Assembly (NCBI GenBank): GCA_022822265.1
Contig: JAJECA010000050.1
Location: 81,075 to 145,074 of the forward strand
Length of the DNA: 64,000 nt
Direction: 5' to 3'
DNA from: Acidimicrobiia bacterium
Lineage (GTDB): Bacteria; Actinomycetota; Acidimicrobiia; Acidimicrobiales; Bin134
Below are positions 8,824 to 16,354 of this stretch, piece after piece. Within the stretch, counting starts at the first letter, position 1; the number at the start of each line of letters is the position of its first letter. A model generated the notes under the pieces. It saw only the letters and a list, made by a program, of their open reading frames with translations. It had not been told where the DNA came from and made no database searches. A program made the translations under genes and the position numbers.

Positions 8824-9543
8824 CTAATCTGCGTCTCGGCGATCCCAGACGGGGATTCCCAGTTCCTGTTGAACCCCGTCGAACATGTTCTGGAGGATCT
8901 CCCGCAATTCGTCGGAATACTGGCTTAAGGCCTCCCGGCTCACCCGCCCCCGTTCGTCGACCGCGGGCGGGGCCAACGGTTCGCCCCAAACAAGCCGCAC
9001 TATGCGGGGCCGGGGCATCCGGACGCCGATGCCCATGGCCCGCTCTGTGCCGCCGATTGCCACCGGCACTACGGGCACCTGCGACTTGGCAGCCAGCCAG
9101 GCCACCCCATCCAGCAGCGGGTAGATGCGGGTGCCCGACTTTCGCTCCCCCTCGGGAAACACCACCAGCGGCTGCCCGCCCTCAAGCACCGTAAGCGCAG
9201 CCTTGAGGGCGCTGCGGTCGATGGTGTCGCGCCTCACGGGAAAGGCCCCCATGGTCACCAGGATCCAAGTGGTGATCGGACCGCGGAAGAGTCCGCTCTT
9301 GGCGAAATAGCGGAGCGGCCGGCCCGCCGATGCCCCGATGAGCGGGGTGTCCAAATTGGAGCGATGGGTGGGGGCGACAATCACCCCTCCCCGGCGGGGC
9401 ATATTGCGCCGGCCTCGGGTGTAGCAGCGGAAATAGGCCCCGAATACTGCTCGAGCCAGCCGCTGCACAAAGAAGTGGAAAACCACCCCGACCACCCGCC
9501 CCTTGGCCTCCAATTCCTCGGGGTGGAGCTCGACCTGGTTCAC
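8824..9543 (-). CDS. plsC: 1-acyl-sn-glycerol-3-phosphate acyltransferase
   Basis: HRSNLD (HxxxxD) and FPEGERK acyltransferase blocks. The start is GTG at 9543, in the downstream copy of a tandem duplication. Confidence 0.85.
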   Translation of the reverse strand: MNQVELHPEELEAKGRVVGVVFHFFVQRLARAVFGAYFRCYTRGRRNMPRRGGVIVAPTHRSNLDTPLIGASAGRPLRYFAKSGLFRGPITTWILVTMGAFPVRRDTIDRSALKAALTVLEGGQPLVVFPEGERKSGTRIYPLLDGVAWLAAKSQVPVVPVAIGGTERAMGIGVRMPRPRIVRLVWGEPLAPPAVDERGRVSREALSQYSDELREILQNMFDGVQQELGIPVWDRRDAD

Positions 9544-9584
9544 CTGGCCTCCAATTCCTCGGGGTGGAGCTCGACCTGGTTCAT
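9503..9584 (-). repeat. 2 x 41-nt tandem duplication of the plsC start region
   Basis: 9503-9543 and 9544-9584 differ only at their first and last nucleotides. Confidence 0.95.
9540..9584 (-). other. 14-codon uORF (MNQVELHPEELEAR) created by the duplication
   Basis: Its ATG at 9584 overlaps the cmk stop (ATGA). Its TGA at 9540-9542 overlaps the plsC GTG at 9541-9543 (GTGA). Confidence 0.35.
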
Positions 9585-10255
9585 CCCAATCGGGCGATCA
9601 GCTCGTCTACTACTTGGTCGACTGTGAGGTCGGTGGTGTCGATGTGAACGGCGTCGGGGGCCTGGATGAGCGGATCGTGCTGACGGGAGGAATCGGCTGC
9701 GTCTCTGGCCGCCAGATCGGCAGCCACCGTCTCATAGTCGAGCGCGCTCACCTCTCCGGCCCGTCGCTCGGCCCGGACCATGGCAGACGCGCTCAGATAA
9801 ACCTTCAACTCGGCGTCGGGAAACACCACCGTCCCGATGTCCCGACCCTCCAGAACGCCGCCGCCCCGTTCCATCACCCAAGCTCGCTGGCGCACCCGCA
9901 ACACGTCTCGAACACCGGAAATGGCCGCAACCGTGCTCACCGACCGGGTCACCTCCGGGCCTCTGATCTGGGTGGTGGCGTCCACACCGTCGACTATGAC
10001 CGAGGCGTCGTCAACCTGGATGTCGCTGTTGCGAGCCACCTCCACAATGGCGTCGGCATCGGCCAGGTCGACCTCTCGAGCCATAACGGCAAAGGCCACC
10101 GATCGATACATCGCGCCGGTGTCCAGATATTCCAGTCCCAGTCTCTCGGCCAGCCTCCGGGCCACCGTGGACTTGCCCGATCCGGCCGGGCCGTCGATGG
10201 CGATTACCCTCACACCCTCGCCTATCTGCCCGTCGGCGGCGCTCACGGCGTCCAT
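9581..10255 (-). CDS. cmk: Cytidylate kinase
   Basis: IAIDGPAGSGKSTVAR...LDTGAMYR. An alternative GTG start lies at 10213. Confidence 0.9.
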   Translation of the reverse strand: MDAVSAADGQIGEGVRVIAIDGPAGSGKSTVARRLAERLGLEYLDTGAMYRSVAFAVMAREVDLADADAIVEVARNSDIQVDDASVIVDGVDATTQIRGPEVTRSVSTVAAISGVRDVLRVRQRAWVMERGGGVLEGRDIGTVVFPDAELKVYLSASAMVRAERRAGEVSALDYETVAADLAARDAADSSRQHDPLIQAPDAVHIDTTDLTVDQVVDELIARLG

Positions 10256-11517
10256 CCTGTGCTGTGCTCCAGGTGGCGGGCAAAGCTCGGATAGCTCGTG
10301 TTCGTGGCCTCAAAACCCTCGACTGTCATCGAGCCGCGGCCCACTGCTCCGGCGATGGCCGCGGCCATGGCCATCCGGTGGTCTCCACGGGAGTCCACAG
10401 TACCGCTGCCCAGGGCTTCGGCGCGACCGACTCCGGTGATCGCCAGCATGTCGCCGTCGATCCGGCACTCCGCCCCGAGGCCGTCAAGCAGTTGGGCGAT
10501 GGCCACCACCCGATCGGACTCTTTGACCCGCAGTTCGCCGACCCCCTCAAAAGCGGTGTCCCCCTCAGCGGCCGCGGCGGCCACGGCCAGAATGGGCACC
10601 TCGTCAATGCAGCCCGGCAGCTCTTCAGCAGTCACCCGGGTTCCTTTGAGCTCACTGGATCGGGCCCTGACGTCACCCGAGGCCGAATCCACGGTTATGT
10701 CGGCGCCCATGCGCCGCAAGACCTCGATGAACCCTCCCCGAGCCTGTCCGAGATAGACGTTTTCCACCACAAGGTCGCTGTCGGGGGCTACGCAGGCGCC
10801 CACCACCCAGAATGCGGCCTGCGACGGGTCGCCGGGTACTTCGACATCGGGGGGTTCCACCTCTCCCGGCCACACGGTCACCGAAGAAGACCCACGCTCC
10901 AGCCTCACTCCGGCGGCGGCAAGCATCTCTTCGGTGTGCGCTCGGGTGGGAACCGCCTCGTGCACCGTGGTCGGCCCCTCGGCTCTTAGGGCGGCGAACA
11001 GCACCGCGCTCTTAACCTGGGCCGAGGCCACCGGCAAGGTGTATTCGATGCCCCGCAGCGGGCGGCCCTCGATGGTCAGAGGCGCCAGCGAGCCGTTCGC
11101 GCCGCTGCCGCTGATCGATGCTCCCATCGCGGTCAAAGGGTTGATGATCCGGTCCATGGGCCGCTGGCGTATTGATGCGTCTCCATCCAGTGTGGTGGTG
11201 AAGTCGAAGCCAGCCACCAACCCGGCCAGAAGCCGGATGCCGGTTCCGGAGTTCCCCAAGTCGATGGGGCTGCGGGCACCGCACACTCCCCCGGTGACAG
11301 TCACGTCGCCCGATTCCGCCATCGCCACTTGAGCACCCAGCGCCTCAACGGCATGGCGAGTGCGGACGACGTCGTCACCGTTGGACAAGCCTCTTATGGT
11401 GCACGGCCGCTGGCCCAGCGCAGCGATCATCAGCGCCCGGTGGGAGATCGACTTGTCGCCCGGCACTTGGAGCCGTCCGGTGAACTGGCGCTTCCCTTCC
11501 ACCGTGATGGCGGTCAC
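10243..11517 (-). CDS. aroA: 3-phosphoshikimate 1-carboxyvinyltransferase (EPSP synthase)
   Basis: VPGDKSISHRALM, LGNSGTGIRLL and RVKESDR motifs. GTG start. Confidence 0.92.
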   Translation of the reverse strand: MTAITVEGKRQFTGRLQVPGDKSISHRALMIAALGQRPCTIRGLSNGDDVVRTRHAVEALGAQVAMAESGDVTVTGGVCGARSPIDLGNSGTGIRLLAGLVAGFDFTTTLDGDASIRQRPMDRIINPLTAMGASISGSGANGSLAPLTIEGRPLRGIEYTLPVASAQVKSAVLFAALRAEGPTTVHEAVPTRAHTEEMLAAAGVRLERGSSSVTVWPGEVEPPDVEVPGDPSQAAFWVVGACVAPDSDLVVENVYLGQARGGFIEVLRRMGADITVDSASGDVRARSSELKGTRVTAEELPGCIDEVPILAVAAAAAEGDTAFEGVGELRVKESDRVVAIAQLLDGLGAECRIDGDMLAITGVGRAEALGSGTVDSRGDHRMAMAAAIAGAVGRGSMTVEGFEATNTSYPSFARHLEHSTGWTP

Positions 11518-11554
11518 GTCCGGACCCCCGCGCCCGGACGCTCCCCCAGAACGC

Positions 11555-12658
11555 TCACGACAGCACTCTCGAAGACGGGGCGTATCCCTGCTTCCGGAGG
11601 GCCTCCAACAGGCCGTCGGACGCCTCCGCGTTTACCACCAGGATGGCCACGCCTTGGCCGCCCTCCACCGAGTGGGCGATCTCCAGGTCGAAGATGTTCA
11701 CCCCGATATCGGTGGTGAGGCTGGTGATGCGGGCCAGCTCGCCGGGACGGTCGAACACCGGCACCCTCACCTCAGACAGCGAGACGTCCCGGTCCAGCCC
11801 GTAAGGCAGATGGGCTCGGGCACTTCTCGCCTGTTCTAGGAGCTCCAACAGCCCGCCCCGGTTGCCGTCTGACACCAGTGAGCGCACCTCGGCCAAGGCG
11901 GCGATAAAACGGTCGAGCACCGAGCAAATGGCCTCGGAGTTCTCATCGCAGATGTCAGGCCAGATTCCAGGGTGTCCAGAGGCGATGCGAGTCATGTCCC
12001 GGAATCCGCCCGCGGCCAGCCGCAACATCACCTGGTGTTCCTCAGAGCGCTCATCGGCCAAGGCCATGAGCGTGGCTGCGGTTAGATGGGGCACATGCGA
12101 GACCACCGCGACCAAGGCATCGTGGCGCTCCGGGGCCAGTGACACCACGTCAGCTCCCAAGGAGGCCACCACTGAACGGATTTGAACCAGGGAATCATCG
12201 TCGGTGTCGTCGGTGGGAGTGAGGACCCACACCGCGTTCTTGAACAAATCGGCCCGGGCCCCGGCCACCCCCTCCTGCTCGCTGCCGGCCATGGGGTGGC
12301 CGCCCACAAAGCGGGGGCTGGCCACCGAGGACACAATCGGGGCCTTCACGCTGCCCACATCGGTCACTGACCCGTTGCCCATTGCCAATGCCTTACGGGC
12401 CTCGGGGGCGGCCGCTCCCACCGGGGTGGCCACAAACGTGATGTCAGCATCGGTCGGCGGTCCAACCGCATCGAGAGCGCCTCGATTGAGCGCTTCCGCG
12501 GCCACCGCCTCGTCCTGGTCAGTGCCGGTCACCCACCAGCCCCGCTCCCGCAAGGCCAACCCGATGGAGCCTCCGATAAGCCCGGTGCCGACGATTGCGG
12601 CTCTGCCTGAACCTCCCGGCAGCCCGGTGCCGACGATTGCGGCCCGCTGAGTGGCCAT
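11555..12658 (-). CDS. tyrA: Prephenate dehydrogenase with C-terminal ACT domain
   Basis: Rossmann motif IVGTGLIGGSIG, GGHPMAGSE, and an ACT-like C-terminus. ATG at 12658 shares one nucleotide with the aroH stop (TGATG). The longer ORF reaching 12763 is an Arg-rich extension that overlaps aroH. Confidence 0.85.
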   Translation of the reverse strand: MATQRAAIVGTGLPGGSGRAAIVGTGLIGGSIGLALRERGWWVTGTDQDEAVAAEALNRGALDAVGPPTDADITFVATPVGAAAPEARKALAMGNGSVTDVGSVKAPIVSSVASPRFVGGHPMAGSEQEGVAGARADLFKNAVWVLTPTDDTDDDSLVQIRSVVASLGADVVSLAPERHDALVAVVSHVPHLTAATLMALADERSEEHQVMLRLAAGGFRDMTRIASGHPGIWPDICDENSEAICSVLDRFIAALAEVRSLVSDGNRGGLLELLEQARSARAHLPYGLDRDVSLSEVRVPVFDRPGELARITSLTTDIGVNIFDLEIAHSVEGGQGVAILVVNAEASDGLLEALRKQGYAPSSRVLS

Positions 12659-12662
12659 CACT
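12579..12662 (-). repeat. 42-nt in-frame tandem duplication at the tyrA N-terminus
   Basis: An exact 23-nt core (agcccggtgccgacgattgcggc) occurs at 12579-12601 and 12621-12643. The protein reads RAAIVGTGLPGGSG-RAAIVGTGLIGGSIG. Confidence 0.9.
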
Positions 12663-13032
12663 CGGGAAGGTCGTCGCGCAGGCCTCGTGCGCCTTCCAGG
12701 TAAATGTGGTGCAATTCGTCGCGCCCCCGCTCGGTGGTCAGATGGATCAGCACGCGCAGGCACAGCGGCGTTCCCTCTACGATGTCCAGCTCCTGGGCGC
12801 AGAGCAGAGGCACGTCGCCGAGGCCGAATTTTCGGGCCGCGGCCGCGGGAAAGGCCGAGTTGATGTCGGAGGTGGCGGTGAAGACAATGCTGATCAGGTC
12901 GTCGTGATGGATGTCGTTGCGGTCGAACAGCTCGGTCAACAGCGCGATGATCCGCTCCCCCATATGCTCGGGAGTATCGACATCAATGGTGGTGGCGCCC
13001 CGCAGGGCGCGGACGGCGCTGCTCACGGCCAA
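12658..13032 (-). CDS. aroH: AroH-type chorismate mutase
   Basis: RALRGATT..., FTATSDINSAFPA, and a size of about 124 aa are typical of monofunctional AroH. Confidence 0.85.
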   Translation of the reverse strand: MAVSSAVRALRGATTIDVDTPEHMGERIIALLTELFDRNDIHHDDLISIVFTATSDINSAFPAAAARKFGLGDVPLLCAQELDIVEGTPLCLRVLIHLTTERGRDELHHIYLEGARGLRDDLPE

Positions 13033-13064
13033 AATTGTACCGACCCCTGGATGCGGCCCTTAAC

Positions 13065-13787
13065 TCAGTTGCCGGTGAGCTCCGCCCCCTGGCGCTCCAG
13101 CTTCCGGACTTCGCTCTGACTCAGCTCTCGCCACTCGCCCGGCGGGAGCCTTCGATCGGCCAGCGGGCCGATGCGGGTGCGAACCAGGCGGATCACAGGA
13201 TGGCCTATCGCCTCGCACATCCGCCGAACCAGTCGGTTGCGGCCCTCGTGGACCACGATGCGGATGACCGATGGCTCGGGCAACGACACCGCAACTACCC
13301 GAGCCATGCCGTCATCCAACTCCACTCCCTCGCGCAGCCTCCTCAGCGACCCGCGGCCAGGACGGCCCTCGACGTGGGCCAGGTACTCCTTGTCGACCCC
13401 GAAAGACGGATGGGTCAGTCGGTGGGTCAGCCCCCCGTCGTTGGTGAGCAGCAATAGCCCCTCGCTGTCGGCGTCTAGGCGGCCCACCGGGAAGACCCGG
13501 GGCTCGCTCGGCACCATTGCCACCACGGTGGGGCGCCCCTGGGGATCGGAAGCGGTAGTGACCACTCCGGGGGGCTTGTTCAGCAGGTAGTACACCAGAT
13601 CGGTCCGCAGCCCCACCGGGACGCCGTCTACCTCAACCGCGTCGTGCTCTGGATCGATCCGCTGGCCGAGCCGGGCGGGCTGCCCGTTCACTGAAATGCG
13701 GCCCTCGGCCACCATCTCCTCGACTGCCCGGCGACTGGCCACTCCGGCAGCGGCCAGGACCTTCTGAATCCGCTCAGGCTCGCTCAC
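13065..13787 (-). CDS. rluB: rRNA pseudouridine synthase (RluB/RsuA family)
   Basis: S4 domain RIQKVLAAAGVASRR and catalytic GRLDADSEGLLLLTNDG. The GTG start overlaps the scpB stop. Confidence 0.88.
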   Translation of the reverse strand: MSEPERIQKVLAAAGVASRRAVEEMVAEGRISVNGQPARLGQRIDPEHDAVEVDGVPVGLRTDLVYYLLNKPPGVVTTASDPQGRPTVVAMVPSEPRVFPVGRLDADSEGLLLLTNDGGLTHRLTHPSFGVDKEYLAHVEGRPGRGSLRRLREGVELDDGMARVVAVSLPEPSVIRIVVHEGRNRLVRRMCEAIGHPVIRLVRTRIGPLADRRLPPGEWRELSQSEVRKLERQGAELTGN

Positions 13788-14404
13788 ACTGTCGGGACAT
13801 CGCTGTTGCCGCTTTCAGGCTCTCGCATAGGGCGGCTGTCGGCCATCAGACTTGTCTCCAAGGCCTCGATCACCTCGGCGCCGGGCACAAAATCGACCAG
13901 CGGGGGTAGTTCGTCGATGGAGTCGAGCCCCAGCCGCTCCAAGAAGGCCGGCGTGGTGGCAAATAGGCGGGCATTGCCCGGGCCAGGATCTCGGCCCACT
14001 TCCTGCACCAGTCCCCGATGCTGGAGCGTGCGCATGGCGCCCTCGGCGTTCACCCCCCGGATGGCGGACACCTGGGCCCTGGACAGCGGTTGCTTGTAGG
14101 CCACAATGGCCAAGGTCTCCAGCGCGGCCGAGGAGAGACGGGAGCTTTGGCCGCTGACCACAAACCGCTTCACGTACGGCTCGGCATCGGGATGGCTGCG
14201 GAACCGGTAGCCACCGGCCACCCGGACCAGTTCGAATCCCCGGCCCTCGGCTCGGTATTCCTCGGCCAACTGGTCGCAGATGGCATCCACCTGACCGGTG
14301 GGAATCTCAAAGAGCTGGGCCATGAGCCCCGGCGGGACCGGCTCCTCGGCGACCATCACAATGGCCTCCACCGCCTGGCGGGCCTCAATGCTCTCATCCG
14401 TCAT
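13784..14404 (-). CDS. scpB: Segregation and condensation protein B
   Basis: IEAIVMVAEEPV..., LSRAQVSAIRGVN, and position directly downstream of scpA. Confidence 0.88.
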   Translation of the reverse strand: MTDESIEARQAVEAIVMVAEEPVPPGLMAQLFEIPTGQVDAICDQLAEEYRAEGRGFELVRVAGGYRFRSHPDAEPYVKRFVVSGQSSRLSSAALETLAIVAYKQPLSRAQVSAIRGVNAEGAMRTLQHRGLVQEVGRDPGPGNARLFATTPAFLERLGLDSIDELPPLVDFVPGAEVIEALETSLMADSRPMREPESGNSDVPTV

Positions 14405-14473
14405 AGGAGTCCACCCCTGCCAGCGTCTCGAATCTCATCCGTCATAGGAGTCCACTCCTGCCAATGCCTCGTC
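14392..14473 (-). repeat. 2 x 41-nt tandem duplication of the scpA-end/scpB-start junction
   Basis: The 31-nt cores at 14392-14422 and 14433-14463 differ at 1 nt. The remaining 10 nt of each unit have diverged. Confidence 0.9.
14401..14445 (-). other. 14-codon uORF (MTDEIRDAGRGGLL) created by the duplication
   Basis: The ATG at 14445 lies inside the scpA 3' end. The TGA at 14401-14403 overlaps the scpB ATG at 14402-14404 (ATGA). Confidence 0.35.
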
Positions 14474-15244
14474 GAAGTCGGCCTCGGCGCTCCAGGTGAT
14501 GGCGATGCGGCCAAAGGTCGCGGCCTGCAACACATCCACCAAGCCCCGCTTGTAGAGCTCCAGAACGGCCAGGAAGTACACCACCACCTCAATACCGGTC
14601 TCCAGATCCTCGGTCAGCTCCCGGAACCCCACCGTCCCTATCTCGGGCAGGCGGTGCATAAGGTCGGCGGCCACCTCGTCCACGCTGATGGGGATGTCGG
14701 TGATGTGCTGTACGTTCACCCGCGGCGTGGGCCGAGAAGCAGTGGCCCGCAGAAATGCGGCTCTGAGATCTTCGGGACCGATCCCCTCCAAGAAGTCGGG
14801 CACGAGGTCTACATAGCGCTCGTCGGGACCGGCCGTGCGGGGCAGGCCGCGCCCGGCCACTTCAGCCAACTGCTCGAGGACCTGGGCAACCCCTTTGAAG
14901 GTCTGGCACTCCAGCAGCCGAGCCAGTAGCAGGTCGCGCTCCGACCACAGGGCCAATTCCTCGTCCAGATCCAGTGACTCGCTGTCGGGCAGCAGGCGGC
15001 TGCTTTTGAGCTGTACCAGCGTGGCCGCGATCAACAAGAACTCGGTGGCCACGCCCAAGTTGAGCTGCTCCATCTTGTTGAGCTCGGCCAGGTAGGCGTC
15101 CACAATGTCGCCCACCCTCACTTCATAGAGATCGACCTCGTCCTTCAATATGAGGTGCAAAAGCAGGTCGAAGGGGCCCTCGAAGACCTCGGTTCGCACT
15201 TCGAACGGACCTTCGGACACCTCCGTTCTCACCTCTGCGACCAC
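14435..15244 (-). CDS. scpA: Segregation and condensation protein A
   Basis: GPFDLLLHLILKDEVDLYEV is the ScpA N-terminal signature. GTG start at 15244. Confidence 0.88.
   Translation of the reverse strand: MVAEVRTEVSEGPFEVRTEVFEGPFDLLLHLILKDEVDLYEVRVGDIVDAYLAELNKMEQLNLGVATEFLLIAATLVQLKSSRLLPDSESLDLDEELALWSERDLLLARLLECQTFKGVAQVLEQLAEVAGRGLPRTAGPDERYVDLVPDFLEGIGPEDLRAAFLRATASRPTPRVNVQHITDIPISVDEVAADLMHRLPEIGTVGFRELTEDLETGIEVVVYFLAVLELYKRGLVDVLQAATFGRIAITWSAEADFDEALAGVDSYDG
15170..15235 (-). repeat. Diverged 2 x 33-nt tandem duplication at the scpA N-terminus
   Basis: The protein reads EVRTEVSEGPF-EVRTEVFEGPF. The DNA units 15170-15202 and 15203-15235 differ at 9 of 33 positions. Confidence 0.7.
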
Positions 15245-15340
15245 CCGCCAAGTGTAGAACTCGCCATCTGCCGGTTCGGGGTTTTGGGTTCAGGGCTGGC
15301 ACCTAGGGATTTCGCGATCCAGGCGGGTAGTTTGACCGGC

Positions 15341-16327
15341 GTGGCGCGAGTGTTCTCTGGTATCCAGCCGTCCGGCGGCATGCACCTGGGCAACTTGTTG
15401 GGTGCGCTGCGCAACTGGGTGGCATACCAGCACGAGCACGACGCGGTGTACTGCGTGGTAGATCTCCACGCCCTCACCACCGCGCCCGATCCGGGCGAGC
15501 TGCGGGACAACACCCTGGCCGCGGCGGCAATGCTCCTCTCGGTGGGCATCGATCCCGATAAGTCCACCTTGTTCGTGCAGAGCTCGGTGAGCGAGCACGC
15601 CGAGCTGGCCTGGATGATGGAGTGCACGGTGGGCTTCGGCGAACTGCGCCGGATGACCCAGTTCAAGGACAAGTCCGACCGTTCTGAATTCGTGTCCGCC
15701 GGCCTGTTCACCTATCCCGCCCTTCAGGCGTCGGACATCTTGCTGTACGACACCGACTTGGTGCCGGTGGGCGACGACCAGCGCCAGCACATCGAGCTCT
15801 GCCGGGATATCGCCGAGCGCTTCAACCGCCGCTACGGCGACACCTTCACCGTGCCCGCCCACGTAATCCCCGCCGCGGGGGCCCGGGTCATGGACCTCCA
15901 GAATCCGGCCGACAAGATGTCCAAGTCGTTGGAGTCGGCCGGCACCGTCGGCGTGCTGGAGGAATCCGAGAGCGTGACCCGCAAGTTCAAGCGGGCAGTA
16001 ACCGACAGCGAAAACGAAGTGCGCTACGACCCCGAGACCAAACCGGGGGTGTCCAACTTGCTGGGCATCCTGGCATCGGCCACCGGGCGAACTCCGGAGT
16101 CGGTTGCCGCCGACTATGCCCAATACGGGCCGCTCAAAGCCGACACCGCCGACGCGGTGAACGAGCTGCTCTTCCCCATCAGGGAGCGATACGCCGAACT
16201 GTCGTCCGACCCGGGAGAGATCGCCCGGGTACTGGCCACCGGGGCCGACAAGGCCCGCACGGTGGCAGCAGCCACCTTGGAGCGGGCCAGAACCAACGCA
16301 GGGCTGATCCCCCGCTCCCCCGCCTGA
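15341..16327 (+). CDS. trpS: Tryptophan--tRNA ligase
   Basis: SGIQPSGGMHLGNLLGA (HIGH region) and KMSKS. The ORF reaches back to 15155 but overlaps scpA. GTG at 15341 is chosen; TTG at 15332 or GTG at 15350 are possible. Confidence 0.88.
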   Translation: MARVFSGIQPSGGMHLGNLLGALRNWVAYQHEHDAVYCVVDLHALTTAPDPGELRDNTLAAAAMLLSVGIDPDKSTLFVQSSVSEHAELAWMMECTVGFGELRRMTQFKDKSDRSEFVSAGLFTYPALQASDILLYDTDLVPVGDDQRQHIELCRDIAERFNRRYGDTFTVPAHVIPAAGARVMDLQNPADKMSKSLESAGTVGVLEESESVTRKFKRAVTDSENEVRYDPETKPGVSNLLGILASATGRTPESVAADYAQYGPLKADTADAVNELLFPIRERYAELSSDPGEIARVLATGADKARTVAAATLERARTNAGLIPRSPA

Positions 16328-16354
16328 TTGCCTAGCACCGACCTGAGGAGCCCC

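Noticed and set aside
15245-15340. Possible T-box leader upstream of trpS.
   Set aside because: Only about 95 nt is available. That is too short for a T-box, and no specifier or T-box sequence was evident.
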